64,000 bases of DNA. Origin: a virus. Numbering within the stretch: position 1 is the first letter of the stretch; the number at the start of each line of letters is the position of its first letter. Of this stretch, positions 47,762 through 57,679 are shown in pieces. Location: the IMG/VR virus record IMGVR_UViG_3300037400_003528, positions 64,001 to 128,000 of that record; one strand, given 5' to 3'. The position numbers and the translations under genes are program-made. Below the pieces are notes generated by a model, which did not search any database, was not told the DNA's origin, and saw only the letters and a program-made list of their open reading frames with translations.

Positions 47762-49797
47762 AGTACAATTACGGATTGAACCGTACTCCTTTCTATAATT
47801 TTTGTACCAGAACCATTTTTAGATTGTTCAGATAATTCAGATACAGTTGTACAAATAGAATTAGGTTTACCTACTACTAAAATAGAATCATCTTCTTTTA
47901 ATGGAGCAATAGAAGCTATATAATCATTTTTTTCAAGAGGAATAATATTAATACCTCTACCGTTTCTTTTTTGAATAATAAAGTTATTTATATCTACTTT
48001 TTTACTATTGCCATTACAAGTAAAAACTCCAAGATAACTAATATCTTTAGAAATATAAAAAGCAGAAACTACTTCATCATTTTCTTTTAAAGCAATTCCT
48101 TTTACACCGCTTGTAGCTTTCCCAATAGGTTTAATATCATCTGTTGGTACTTTTATAACATTACCAAATTTAGTAGCAAAAATAACATCTTCTTTATTCA
48201 TAAAAGTAACTGATAATAATTCATCCCCATCTTTAATTTTAATAGCTTGAATACCTGTTGACTTTTTTATAGAAATATATTCTTCTATTTTAGTCTTTTT
48301 TATTAAACCATTTTTAGTAAAGAAAACTACATAATTCGCAGGCTTTTCTCCAGAAATAGCTGTAGCTGTTTGAAACACTTCATTATCAGCAAAAGGAAGA
48401 AGTAAATGTAAATTAGTTCCTCTTGAAGCATTAGTTCCTTCAGGAATTTTATCTACCGCTAATTTATACATTTTACCTTTTGATGTAAATATCATTAAGT
48501 CATCAAGAGTATTAGTAGATATGGTCGTTTTGATTGCGGCATCCACAGTTTTTACACCTTTACCGTTTCTTTTTTGTATTCTAAAACTCTTTTTAGGAAT
48601 ACGTTTAATATCTCCGGTATGGGTAATAATAACTACGACATCTTCAGGAGTTATATCAATTTTTTCTTTTTCTTCTTTTACGTCGTCAATTTGAGTTAAC
48701 TCTGTACGACGTTTATCTCCATATTTATTAACCAAATCCGCCAAACGAACTTTTAACAAATCTATTTGTTCTTCTTTACTATTGATAAGGCTTTCCCATT
48801 TTTGAATATTATAAACTAATTCATTTCGCTCTTTTTCTAATTCTACACCTTCTAATTTTGCTAAACTTGAAAGTCGCATAGCAAGAATGGCTTTTGCTTG
48901 ATTCTCGGTAAAGCCCCATTTTTCAATAAGGGAGATTTTTGCTGTTGCTCCAGACTCACTTTGTTTGATAAGAGCAATGATTTCGTCAATATGAATAATG
49001 GCTCTAAGTAAACCATCAACAATTTCCTTTCTTAATTTAGCTTTTTCTAAATCAAATTGAGTTTCTTTAACGATACATTCGAGATTATGGTCTACATAGA
49101 TTTTTATAGCATCCCGCAAGTTTAATTCAGTAGGAGTTTTATCTACCAAAGCTACCTGATTATAACTAAATGAAGTTTGAAAATTAGTTTTTGCATAAAT
49201 TTGTTTTGCAATTGCATCAGGTGAAAAACCTTTTTGACATGTTACAACAATTCTAATTTCTTTAGAACTTTCATCATGTATATCATGAATACCTTTTATT
49301 TCTTCCTTGTCACAAATTTCACCAAGTTCTGTAATTAATCCTTCTATTGTAGTTCCATATGGAATTTCATAAAAGATAATTTTATTTTTATCTACTTTAT
49401 AACGTGCTCTAATTTTTACAGAACCATGTCCCGTTTCCATAATTTTAGGGATGTCATTTTTATTAATGATTAATCCCCCAGTAGGAAAGTCAGGACCAGG
49501 CAACATAGGAAGAGCACCATCCAAATAATTATATATGGCTTGACCAACATCATACAGGTTGTGAGGAGCCCAGTTACAGGCCATCGCAACACCAATACCA
49601 GTATTAGGATTACAAAGCAAATTAGGAAAGGTACAAGGGAGAGTAATAGGCTCTTTAAGACTTTCATCATAATTTGAGATAAAATCAACGTTATTTTTCT
49701 TAATTCCATTTAACATACCTTCTTCTGATATTTTACTAAGGCGGGCTTCGGTATAACGTGCGGCAGCAGGTCCATCACCTGTAATATTACCATTATT
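47758..49797 (-). CDS. type II DNA topoisomerase A subunit (GyrA/T4 gp52-like), exon 2
   Basis: Begins 'NNGNITGDGPAAARYTEARLSKI', the catalytic-Tyr region of GyrA. It continues as the supplied ORF 47758..49716. Confidence 0.75.
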   Translation of the reverse strand, partial: NNGNITGDGPAAARYTEARLSKISEEGMLNGIKKNNVDFISNYDESLKEPITLPCTFPNLLCNPNTGIGVAMACNWAPHNLYDVGQAIYNYLDGALPMLPGPDFPTGGLIINKNDIPKIMETGHGSVKIRARYKVDKNKIIFYEIPYGTTIEGLITELGEICDKEEIKGIHDIHDESSKEIRIVVTCQKGFSPDAIAKQIYAKTNFQTSFSYNQVALVDKTPTELNLRDAIKIYVDHNLECIVKETQFDLEKAKLRKEIVDGLLRAIIHIDEIIALIKQSESGATAKISLIEKWGFTENQAKAILAMRLSSLAKLEGVELEKERNELVYNIQKWESLINSKEEQIDLLKVRLADLVNKYGDKRRTELTQIDDVKEEKEKIDITPEDVVVIITHTGDIKRIPKKSFRIQKRNGKGVKTVDAAIKTTISTNTLDDLMIFTSKGKMYKLAVDKIPEGTNASRGTNLHLLLPFADNEVFQTATAISGEKPANYVVFFTKNGLIKKTKIEEYISIKKSTGIQAIKIKDGDELLSVTFMNKEDVIFATKFGNVIKVPTDDIKPIGKATSGVKGIALKENDEVVSAFYISKDISYLGVFTCNGNSKKVDINNFIIQKRNGRGINIIPLEKNDYIASIAPLKEDDSILVVGKPNSICTTVSELSEQSKNGSGTKIIERSTVQSVIVL

Positions 49798-50987
49798 CTA
49801 ATCGTTATTAACCATAGGCTTTTTGTCCTATGCTCTGGAGGTTTCCCTCATTTTCATCGAATAGTTAATTCTATTCCAGTATAGCATATCTTTTTAACAT
49901 AATAAACTCTGTTATTATACTACCCGTTAGCGCGGACTCTTGGAGATATTATATTCTTAAATTCGCATTTAAGGTTCAATCTCTATGCGTTGCGTTTGAC
50001 TATATTATTACATATAGCCTTCAATCTCTGATTAGGATGACTAAACCCTTCCAGTTTAATTCCGCGCTGATCATTCTAAATTAATTGGTAGTTTCATTTA
50101 GAACGGCATAATTTTTAACTAAGTCAAATTTTCTTTCAAGATATAATTGATTTTCATTCTCTAATATGTTATGGTAAAATTTTATTATTCCATCTTTATT
50201 AGAAATTCTTAATCTAAAAATAGAATTTATTTGATCTAATTCAATTGGATTAATTTTTATTGTTTTTTCAAGATATTCTTTAATAGATTCGCACAACTCT
50301 TTTGTTCCTGAAATACCTATTTCATGACTATTTTTAGAAAAATAACACCAACCATCCCCGTCGAAAATACCCCTAATAAAAGCATTTTGTAATTTTTCAT
50401 TGTTAAAATTATACATAGGCTCATGATTTAAAGAAATTTTATTTGGAATAATTCCATATTTTAATATTGCATTACACATTTCTCTACTTGAAATGGTTAA
50501 ATTAGCAATAGAATTTTGTTTTCCTTCTGTGAAACCAGAACCATTTTCAATTTTTATAGGAATATTACTTTTTAAACACTGATTGAATTTTTCAAGAATA
50601 GATTTATCATCAGCTTTTAGTCTAAATCGAATAGTTGTTCCAGTATTATTTCCATCTGCTAATAAAAAACCTAACCAGTATGCTTTTTCAGCAGTATCAA
50701 TTTTATTAAAGTATGTTCTATTATAAGAATATTTTTCTCTTTTTGATCGGGAAGGAATATTTAATGCTTTTAGTTTATTATAAAAGGTGCCTCGATCAAT
50801 ATTAAATTTTTTAGCTACATCTGTAGTTGATTCTTCTTCATTTTCTAAATAATACTAGAGAGCTTGTTTATAAGTTTCATTCATTTTAATCATATAAAAT
50901 ATCTCCTTTTTATTTTTGATATTTTATATAAAATTTTACCATAGAAATTTAATCAATTTTTACCTTGAATGTTAAAAATTTTTATTT
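49798..50987 (-). other. putative group I intron (~1.19 kb) splitting the topoisomerase A-subunit gene
   Basis: Exon 1 ends '...RYPLIDWHG' and exon 2 begins 'NNGNITGDG', reconstructing the GyrA motif 'YPLVDGQGNFGS.DGDGAAAMRYTE'. The 3' segment 49798-50080 is GC-richer with P7/P8-like pairings (agtata...tatact) and a terminal G. An endonuclease ORF is embedded. Confidence 0.5.
50081..50893 (-). CDS. intron-encoded LAGLIDADG homing endonuclease (270 aa, 1 TAG)
   Basis: Motifs 'WLGFLLADGN' and 'FIRGIFDGDGW' are present, with its own RBS 'aaaaggagat'. Confidence 0.8.
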
Positions 50988-51287
50988 ACCGTGCCAATCT
51001 ATAAGAGGGTAACGCATAACCCAAGGTTGAGAAAGACGAACCATTGCTCCATAGATTGAACTGTCTCCATGAGGGTGATATTTACCCATAACATCACCAA
51101 CAATTCTTGCCGCTTTAACGTGAGGCTTAGATGAAGTCCGCCCTTCTTCAAATGCTGACCAGAGAATACGTTTTGCAACAGGTTTAAGGCCAGATTTGGC
51201 ATCAGGAATTGCTCTGTCGGTATTAACAGCTACCGCATATTCTATAAAGTTTGTACTTAATTCTTTTGTTAAATCATTCTGTATCAT
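50988..51287 (-). CDS. type II DNA topoisomerase A subunit, exon 1 (100 aa)
   Basis: 'RAIPDAKSGLKPVAKRILW...GKYHPHGDSSIYGAMVRLSQPWVMRYPLIDWHG' matches the GyrA N terminus. Confidence 0.75.
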
Positions 51288-51522
51288 CTATTACCTCATA
51301 TTCTATGCTATCAATCCCACCATAATCTTCTACACTATAGTCATCTATAACTAAATCTAAATCATGAAGAATCTCTTCTTCGTAAACAAATTTTTTAGGA
51401 TTTTCTTGAAGTCTTTTAAACTCTTCTGCTGTTAATTCTAAAACACCCTCTTTATGTCCATAACGAAGATGTCCTACTACATATTCTAATGGAATATCGA
51501 ATTTTACTTTTTTATTCTGCAT
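51274..51522 (-). CDS. small acidic hypothetical protein (82 aa)
   Basis: Starts at an internal ATG with an RBS, overlapping the GIY-YIG gene end. Confidence 0.4.
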   Translation of the reverse strand: MQNKKVKFDIPLEYVVGHLRYGHKEGVLELTAEEFKRLQENPKKFVYEEEILHDLDLVIDDYSVEDYGGIDSIEYEVIDDTE

Positions 51523-52063
51523 TATAAGTAGCCTCCTTACCAATAAACTCCCATCGTAATGGCTCTCCTGTAATAGGATGTTTACCATTTGTTTTTAATC
51601 TTCCTTTTCCATTAGCAACTTGTCTAATGTGGTTTCGATCTCCTCCCTTGCACCATTCTGCAGCTCTACTGGCATTATCAAAAATTTGACCAGTATTTAT
51701 ACAACGTATTTTTTTACCTTTTCCATAATTAGGATGTTTTTCTCCAGATAAATTTTTAGAAATTTTTTCTTTTGTTTCTTCTGATAAGGCTCCTTGAGAA
51801 CTAGCATTTCTTATATTATAACCAAACTGTTTATTTTGAGTATTAAATAAATTTATATATTCTTGTTCTTTGAGGTTAGCTTCTTCTAAAGTTAAGTTAC
51901 TTTCTAAAATTTTAACTGAAAAGTTATCCCAACCATATTTTTGAATGGCCTAGTAAAAAGCAACACAATTTTTATACTTTTTACCTTCTTTACCTGACCT
52001 TTGGTACAAAGAAGAACAAGTTTGTCCAATATATTTTTTATGATTTATTTTATTTTCATACAT
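51512..52063 (-). CDS. free-standing GIY-YIG endonuclease (Seg/I-TevI-like), 183 aa, 1 TAG
   Basis: 'KKYIGQTCSSLYQRSGKEGKKYKNCVAFY.AIQKYGWDNFSVKILE' is a GIY-YIG core. Located between the topoisomerase subunit genes. Confidence 0.7.
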
Positions 52064-52096
52064 ATATATTTTATATATATTCATTAATTTTTCCCT

Positions 52097-53995
52097 TTAA
52101 ATAAGACATTGTGCTTCTATACTGTGTTCTTTAATAAATACTTTTCTCGGAATAATAGCAGTTCCCATTAAATCATCAAATAATTTATCTGTTTCTTCGC
52201 TATCATCAATCGTAATTTGTTTAATAATTCTATTAGCAGGATTTGTAAGAGTCTCTTCTATTTGTTCAACATCCATTTCTCCTAATCCTTTCATACGATT
52301 GACTTGATACTTTCCCGTATAAGTTTTTCTAAATGCTTCAAGGTCATCATCATTCTTTAAATATTTATAACCTTTATTTCCACCAAGAGTAATTTTATAA
52401 AGAGGTGGAACTCCAGCATAAATGATACCGTCATAAATCAATTGAGGACAAAAGTTCCAAATAAAAGTATAAAATAGATTTTTAATATGAGCACCGTCTA
52501 CGTCAGCGTCACTCATAATAATAATTTTACCATAGCGGAGTCCATCACGGTCATATGTAACCCGCATTGTTTTTGTATCAATCTTTAAACCAAACGCTTC
52601 AATCATAGTCATAATCTCAGCATTTTTTTGAATCTTATCTAAGGTAGCTTTTTGTGTATTAAGGATTTTACCACGGACAGGCATTACAGCTTGAAATTCA
52701 TTATTACGTGCCGTTTTTAAACCACCTGCCGCACTATTTCCTTCAACAATATAAATTTCACATCTTTCTCTATCTTCACTATAGCAGTCCGCAAGTTTAC
52801 TATCAAATTTTAAAGCCTTTTCTTTTTTCTTTCCTTGCTCTCTTGCTTTTTCTCTTGCCTTTTTAGCAGCTTCTCTTGCTTTTTTAGCATTAATAGCTTT
52901 GTCTGCAATAAGTTTAATTTCTTTTTCATTATTAGCTAACCAATATTGAAGATTTTCAGTTAAAGCTACATTAAAAGGTTTCATTTCAATTTTAGTAATA
53001 CGAGTTTTAACTTGTGCATCATATGATACATTTGGAGCAGTAATATTAAAAACAATATACATACCTTCTTGTATATCATCACCAGTTAAATTTTCATCTG
53101 TGGATTTAAGCCATTTCTTTTCTTTAAAAAATTTGTTAAATTCACGAGTAATAATAGATTTTACTTGTGTAATATGTTGTCCAGTTTCAGTTAAGCCAGT
53201 ATTAACATATGGAACAATAGTAGATGAATAATTAGAAGTATAGGTAAGAACCATATCCATTTTATTCTTACCTTCTGCAAAATTCATATCAAATCTATTA
53301 TTAATAAGTTCTTTATTTCCAACTGCGGCATCAACTAAATCATTTAAACCTTTATTAGATATATAGTCATATATCTTACCATTCTCATTTAAATGAATTG
53401 TTAATCCGGGGCATAGACAAGAAATAGTTTTAAATAAAGAATGAATTTTATTACTTTCTACTTCTGTATGAGTAAAAAATTCCTCTGAAGGTTGCCATTC
53501 TACTAATGTACCAGATACGCCGCCTGCGCCAGTACTTCTATTTTGAAAAACACCTTCTTTAAAATATATTTCTTCCCATTCTCCGTTTCTTATAGTTTTA
53601 ACTCTTAGCCAATGAGATAAAAATGTAGTAATTTTAGAACCAATACCAAAAGAACCTAATGAAGTTCCTTCATAAGTTCCATCTTCTCTATATTTACCAG
53701 AAGTATTAAGAACACTAAAAGCAGCTTCAAGAATTGTTTTATCGTCTTCTCTAAAATGATTTGGAAGAAAACCTTGTCCATAATCTCTTACAGCAAAAGT
53801 ATCTCCAATTATCGTTACATCAATTTGATTACCATGTCCAAGTCTAAATTCATCAATTGCATTAGAAACAATTTCTATGAGCAACTGAGTTGAATACGTA
53901 GTATCACCTGCATATACACCTGGTTTTAATCTGGTAAATTGTAATGGATCTAATGATTCTATTGATTGTTCTGTATATAAGGTTTTATCTATCAT
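52097..53995 (-). CDS. type II DNA topoisomerase ATPase/TOPRIM subunit (GyrB/T4 gp39+gp60-like), 632 aa
   Basis: Supplied ORF with a GHKL ATPase N terminus and TOPRIM 'EGNSAAGG'. Confidence 0.85.
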   Translation of the reverse strand: MIDKTLYTEQSIESLDPLQFTRLKPGVYAGDTTYSTQLLIEIVSNAIDEFRLGHGNQIDVTIIGDTFAVRDYGQGFLPNHFREDDKTILEAAFSVLNTSGKYREDGTYEGTSLGSFGIGSKITTFLSHWLRVKTIRNGEWEEIYFKEGVFQNRSTGAGGVSGTLVEWQPSEEFFTHTEVESNKIHSLFKTISCLCPGLTIHLNENGKIYDYISNKGLNDLVDAAVGNKELINNRFDMNFAEGKNKMDMVLTYTSNYSSTIVPYVNTGLTETGQHITQVKSIITREFNKFFKEKKWLKSTDENLTGDDIQEGMYIVFNITAPNVSYDAQVKTRITKIEMKPFNVALTENLQYWLANNEKEIKLIADKAINAKKAREAAKKAREKAREQGKKKEKALKFDSKLADCYSEDRERCEIYIVEGNSAAGGLKTARNNEFQAVMPVRGKILNTQKATLDKIQKNAEIMTMIEAFGLKIDTKTMRVTYDRDGLRYGKIIIMSDADVDGAHIKNLFYTFIWNFCPQLIYDGIIYAGVPPLYKITLGGNKGYKYLKNDDDLEAFRKTYTGKYQVNRMKGLGEMDVEQIEETLTNPANRIIKQITIDDSEETDKLFDDLMGTAIIPRKVFIKEHSIEAQCLI

Positions 53996-54033
53996 AGAAT
54001 TAAATTTTATCCTTTCTATAATTTTCTATAATA

Positions 54034-54062
54034 ATTATAGCAAAATTTTTATAAAAATGCAA
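54034..54062 (-). promoter_or_regulatory. promoter TTGCAT-17-TATAAT (minus strand) for the topoisomerase operon
   Basis: Minus-strand reading is 'ttgcatttttataaaaattttgctataat'. Confidence 0.6.
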
Positions 54063-54088
54063 ATGCTTTTTTCTTTGTTTAAGAAAAT

Positions 54089-54116
54089 TTGACATCTCAA
54101 AAATTTTTGATATAAT
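54089..54116 (+). promoter_or_regulatory. promoter TTGACA-16-TATAAT (plus strand), divergent from the 54034-54062 promoter
   Basis: Sequence 'ttgacatctcaaaaatttttgatataat'. Confidence 0.6.
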
Positions 54117-54122
54117 ATAAAA

Positions 54123-54220
54123 AAAGAAAATAAATGACAAAAGTGCGTCTACATTTATATACATATATATCAACAGACAAAAATAAGTGTGTAGTAATAT
54201 TACTACACACTTATTTTTTA
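54123..54220 (+). ncRNA. candidate ~100-nt small RNA (promoter to strong terminator), no convincing RBS/ORF
   Basis: Bounded by the 54089-54116 promoter and an 18-bp perfect hairpin plus T6. Confidence 0.3.
54181..54220. terminator. strong bidirectional terminator (18-bp perfect stem aaataagtgtgtagtaat/attactacacacttattt)
   Basis: Palindrome flanked by an A-run and a T-run. It lies downstream of the endolysin on the minus strand. Confidence 0.8.
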
Positions 54221-54322
54221 TATTATTTCAACATATCTGAAATTAACAAATCCATAAATTTTATTATTAATTTTCACATAATACCAAGTAGTACCATTGC
54301 TTGCTTGAATACTATCACAAAT

Positions 54323-55687
54323 CTAAATAATTTTGTCTTTATAGATATAAGGAATACTTTTTAAAGGATTAAATTCAACCCCTGCCCAGCTTCTTACATA
54401 TAGTGCATTTGCTGTAACTTTAGCTTTAGCATAAGTATCTCGGGCGGGAGACACTTTACCTGTTCTTGTAAATTTAGTTTTAGATGTTGCAATTAATTTT
54501 TTATCAGTATTAACGGGTTTTTCGGGCATCACCTTCTCCGAAGATTGAGGTGCTGCCGCCGCATTCGCATATTTAGGTATAGCATATCCACGAATATTAC
54601 CATTAGCAACTTGTAATGTACGTCGCGCCACCACTCCGCCATTACCTGTATTTCCTTCTATTGTTATGATAATATTTCCCTCAACCTTTTCAATAATACC
54701 AATATGATCTGCAAAACCGTCATTTGGTTGAGTGCCGTCATCCCAATTATAGGTTATAATCCAGCCTGGTTGAGGAGTAACTGAACCATTCTATTCCCAA
54801 ATACCAGCTTTTTTAAACAATTGAATATGTCTCTAAACACCACATTCAGTTCCACCAATTAAATCGACGGCGTTATTCTTAATAAAAGCCGCAGAAAGAG
54901 TAGTATCACAATAGTCATCAGTATATTTAACTTTATAACCAACGGCAAGAGGTTTATGATTATTATAAATATCAATAATATCTCTATGTGTTTGTTTAGC
55001 CATACTTTTTCCAATCCATTCTGCCATTGTGTTAATTATATCTTGCGCAGAAGTACCTTTAGTCTAAACAGATTTTTCCTCTTTCTTTTCCTATTGCTCA
55101 TAGTAGAAATTCATATCTACATTACCTGAAATACCATTTACTTTACCTTTACTTGTATATTGATGATAAACGCAATCATAATGAGGTGTAGTATTATAAT
55201 CCGCTAACCATATAATATATTTTTTTATGGTTGCCGCATCATACCAATTTTTATAATAGTCTTGATTTAAATAAAAACCTACTTTATATCCTTTGCTTTT
55301 AATATAATCACAAAAAACATTGGTAAAATTAATGCAATCAGTTTTTGTTAACTTAACTTTTTTTTCTCTGGCATTATTAACCGTATCATATTCAAAATCG
55401 TAAAAAACAATTATGTCTTTTCCTAACCCTGCTTTCTAAATATTTTTTATACAACTTTTTGCTTCTTCTATTGCATCATTTTTATTTAAAGGATAAGCAA
55501 AATGATAAACACCATGAATATTTATATTAGCTTCTTTAAATTTTTTTACGTTGTTTAAAAAATATTTATCAATTTGTTTTCTATATCCCTAACGAATAAT
55601 AACAAAGTTTATACCATCTTTTTTTACTTTTTCGGCATTTATATTATTACCTTGATGCTAAGAAATATCAATTCCTTTTAAAGCCAT
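54323..55687 (-). CDS. endolysin: GH25 muramidase + CHAP-like peptidase + SH3b-like cell-wall binding (454 aa, several TAG)
   Basis: N terminus 'MALKGIDIS.HQGNNINAEKVKKDGINFVIIR.GYRKQ...GVYHFAYP' is GH25-like. The middle 'GWIITYNWDDGTQPNDGFADHIGIIEKVEGNIIITIEGN' is CHAP-like. The C terminus is SH3-like. RBS 'gaaaggagac' precedes the start. Confidence 0.75.
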
Positions 55688-55704
55688 TTTGTCTCCTTTC
55701 TAAA

Positions 55705-55740
55705 TAAAAAAGCGGGAGATCACTCTCCCGCTTCTTTTTG
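55705..55740. terminator. GC-rich hairpin (agcgggaga/tctcccgct) overlapping the holin stop codon
   Basis: 9-bp stem with loop 'tcac', flanked by A/T runs. It sits between the holin and endolysin genes. Confidence 0.65.
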
Positions 55741-55956
55741 TTCTATCATATTTTCTGAAAGTTTAACTTCTGGAAGTCCTGCTAAACTAGTCATAATTGA
55801 AAGGATACCTGCTGTACAAGCTACCGATGCTACATAAGCCCAATCTACTTCTCTAAAAGCTGCTCCCACCGTAATCATAGAGGCAAAAGTTTGAGCAAAA
55901 GTTTTTAATGCTCTAATACCAGCCGCCTTAATCCATATTTTAGATTTTTCACTCAT
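55720..55956 (-). CDS. holin (78 aa, two predicted TM segments)
   Basis: The hydrophobic segments 'MITVGAAF' and 'VASVACTAGILSIMTSLAGL' are separated by a short linker. The gene is immediately upstream of the endolysin. Confidence 0.6.
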   Translation of the reverse strand: MSEKSKIWIKAAGIRALKTFAQTFASMITVGAAFREVDWAYVASVACTAGILSIMTSLAGLPEVKLSENMIEQKEAGE

Positions 55957-56002
55957 AGTAAAATTCCTCCTTTTTTATATATATACTTAAAAAAGATTTA
56001 TT

Positions 56003-56470
56003 TTACTTTTTATTATTTTGACCTTTCTTTTCTTTAATTTGAGTTAAAAGAAGTTTTCTATGTTCTAAATCTTTATCAATATTTTGGATTTGTTCTTTTA
56101 AAAATTTAATATTATTGGTATGATTTCTAATCATAAAATAGAATCTATTTTCAAGTAATCTTGTTATAGCAAAACAAGTATAATTATCTCCATTATAATT
56201 TTTTACAAAAGGTAAAATATCTTTCTTAACTTCTCTTTCTATTGTTTGGAGTATTAGTCTTTCTCGTTTTAATTCTTCTTTATAAAATTTTTTTGTTGCT
56301 TTCATTTCAGCAATAGATAATCCAGAAAGTTTACTTTGAACTTCTTTATCTTCAGGATGGACTTTTGCTACTCCCTTAAATATACCTCTTTTAGTTTTTA
56401 TTGTTACAATAGATACTCCTGTATTTGGGTTAAAATTAGAATTAAAAAGTTTTGTTTTTAATTGTCTCAT
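56003..56470 (-). CDS. hypothetical protein (155 aa), possibly a regulator
   Basis: Supplied ORF; basic and Lys-rich. Confidence 0.35.
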   Translation of the reverse strand: MRQLKTKLFNSNFNPNTGVSIVTIKTKRGIFKGVAKVHPEDKEVQSKLSGLSIAEMKATKKFYKEELKRERLILQTIEREVKKDILPFVKNYNGDNYTCFAITRLLENRFYFMIRNHTNNIKFLKEQIQNIDKDLEHRKLLLTQIKEKKGQNNKK

Positions 56471-56576
56471 TATTTTTTTTGCTCCTTATTTTTATAATAT
56501 AATTTTTAATAATATATAAACTCATTTCAACAAAAAGAGTTCCAAAAATTCCTACTAAAACTGGATTTACAATCAT
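56442..56576 (-). CDS. small hydrophobic peptide (44 aa)
   Basis: 'MIVNPVLVGIFGTLFVEMSLYIIKNYII...'. ATGA-coupled to the phosphoesterase stop. Confidence 0.3.
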   Translation of the reverse strand: MIVNPVLVGIFGTLFVEMSLYIIKNYIIKIRSKKNNETIKNKTF

Positions 56577-57115
56577 TCTTTTTTCTCCCTATATTTATTA
56601 ATATCTTCAATTATTTGTTCTATTGATACAGGATAACAATTATGAGCATCCATTGCTACATTATAAATACTATATTGTCCAAATTCAAATTTATTAGAAC
56701 TATGAGTATGTCCAGATAGATTCCAAAAGAAACGTTTTTCTTCAAAATTACCTACAAGAGTAGGATAATGAGAAAGATAAAACATTTTCTTTTTATTATA
56801 TTTATAGATTGAAGCAAAACCAAGATATGTCATACCATATTCTGTTTGATATTTATTAAGTTTGTTATTTGTATCATGATTACCCCAAATAACATTTTTT
56901 TCTCCATTTAATACTTTATAGACACGATTCCATTCTTTTTCATTTCCGCTCATACATAAATCGCCAAGAATATAAACAGTATCTTTTGGAGTAATAATAC
57001 TATTCCATCTTTTTAAGATTTCTGTATCATGTTCTTCTATTGAAGAAAAACCGCGCGGCTGCCAGAGAAAATTTTTATCGTGTCCAATATGGAGGTCTGC
57101 TGTAAAATAAATCAT
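56573..57115 (-). CDS. calcineurin-like metallophosphoesterase (180 aa), putative 3'-phosphatase of the RNA-repair cassette
   Basis: 'DLHIGHD', 'GDLCMSGNE' and 'GNHD' motifs. Confidence 0.7.
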   Translation of the reverse strand: MIYFTADLHIGHDKNFLWQPRGFSSIEEHDTEILKRWNSIITPKDTVYILGDLCMSGNEKEWNRVYKVLNGEKNVIWGNHDTNNKLNKYQTEYGMTYLGFASIYKYNKKKMFYLSHYPTLVGNFEEKRFFWNLSGHTHSSNKFEFGQYSIYNVAMDAHNCYPVSIEQIIEDINKYREKKE

Positions 57116-57118
57116 TTT

Positions 57119-57607
57119 TTAATTCCTTTTTAGTGGAACCAATTGATCGTTAACATAAGTAAAAATCATATCAAATGGTTCATTATAAGTAGGTGGTTTT
57201 AAATGTGTATACATATTATATATCTCGTTGGGCGGGACATAAGTTTTAGTTCCTTTTCTAAGGTCATTTCTTTCTAAGCATACTTCAATCGGAGTATTAA
57301 TATATATTGCAATAATATTAGTTTTATGACGATTAATATGGAGTTGATTAAGAAGTTTATAACGACTTTTTGGATTTAAATGGGTAGCATCCGCAATAAC
57401 ATCTTCCCCATTATTAATATGAAGATTTATTTCTTCAAGAAAAGTTTTATACACTTCTTTTTCTTTTGCGAAATAATTATCGTGTTCATTTAATAATGAA
57501 AATCTAATGACATCTCTTGATATATGAATTTTTTTAGGTTGAGCTTTTGCAAAAGTAGTTTTTCCAGACCCAGGAACTCCTATCATAATAAATAAATTAT
57601 TTTTCAT
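57119..57607 (-). CDS. P-loop polynucleotide 5'-kinase (Pnk kinase-domain-like), 162 aa
   Basis: Walker A 'GVPGSGKTTFA', a size typical of the T4 Pnk kinase domain, and adjacency to the phosphoesterase and RNA ligase. Confidence 0.6.
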   Translation of the reverse strand: MKNNLFIMIGVPGSGKTTFAKAQPKKIHISRDVIRFSLLNEHDNYFAKEKEVYKTFLEEINLHINNGEDVIADATHLNPKSRYKLLNQLHINRHKTNIIAIYINTPIEVCLERNDLRKGTKTYVPPNEIYNMYTHLKPPTYNEPFDMIFTYVNDQLVPLKRN

Positions 57608-57633
57608 TTCTTCTCCTTTATTATAACATAAAA

Positions 57634-57672
57634 TTTTATAAAAGGCAAAAAAGTTATAATAACCTTTTTGCC
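57634..57672 (-). terminator. hairpin + T-rich terminator between the RNA ligase and kinase genes
   Basis: Sequence 'ggcaaaaa...tttttgcc'. Confidence 0.5.
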
Positions 57673-57679
57673 TTTTATT

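Noticed and set aside
47758-51287. Topoisomerase A subunit as two independent genes (T4 39/60/52-style split) instead of an intron
   Set aside because: It is not fully excluded. The downstream piece lacks a convincing RBS or start at the homology boundary. The intervening DNA also carries a homing endonuclease and a structured GC-rich segment ending in G, so I favour an intron.
54134-54364. Supplied ORF 54134..54364 (+) as a protein-coding gene
   Set aside because: It has no RBS, runs through a strong terminator hairpin and is antisense to the endolysin 3' end. The region is more likely an sRNA or insulator.
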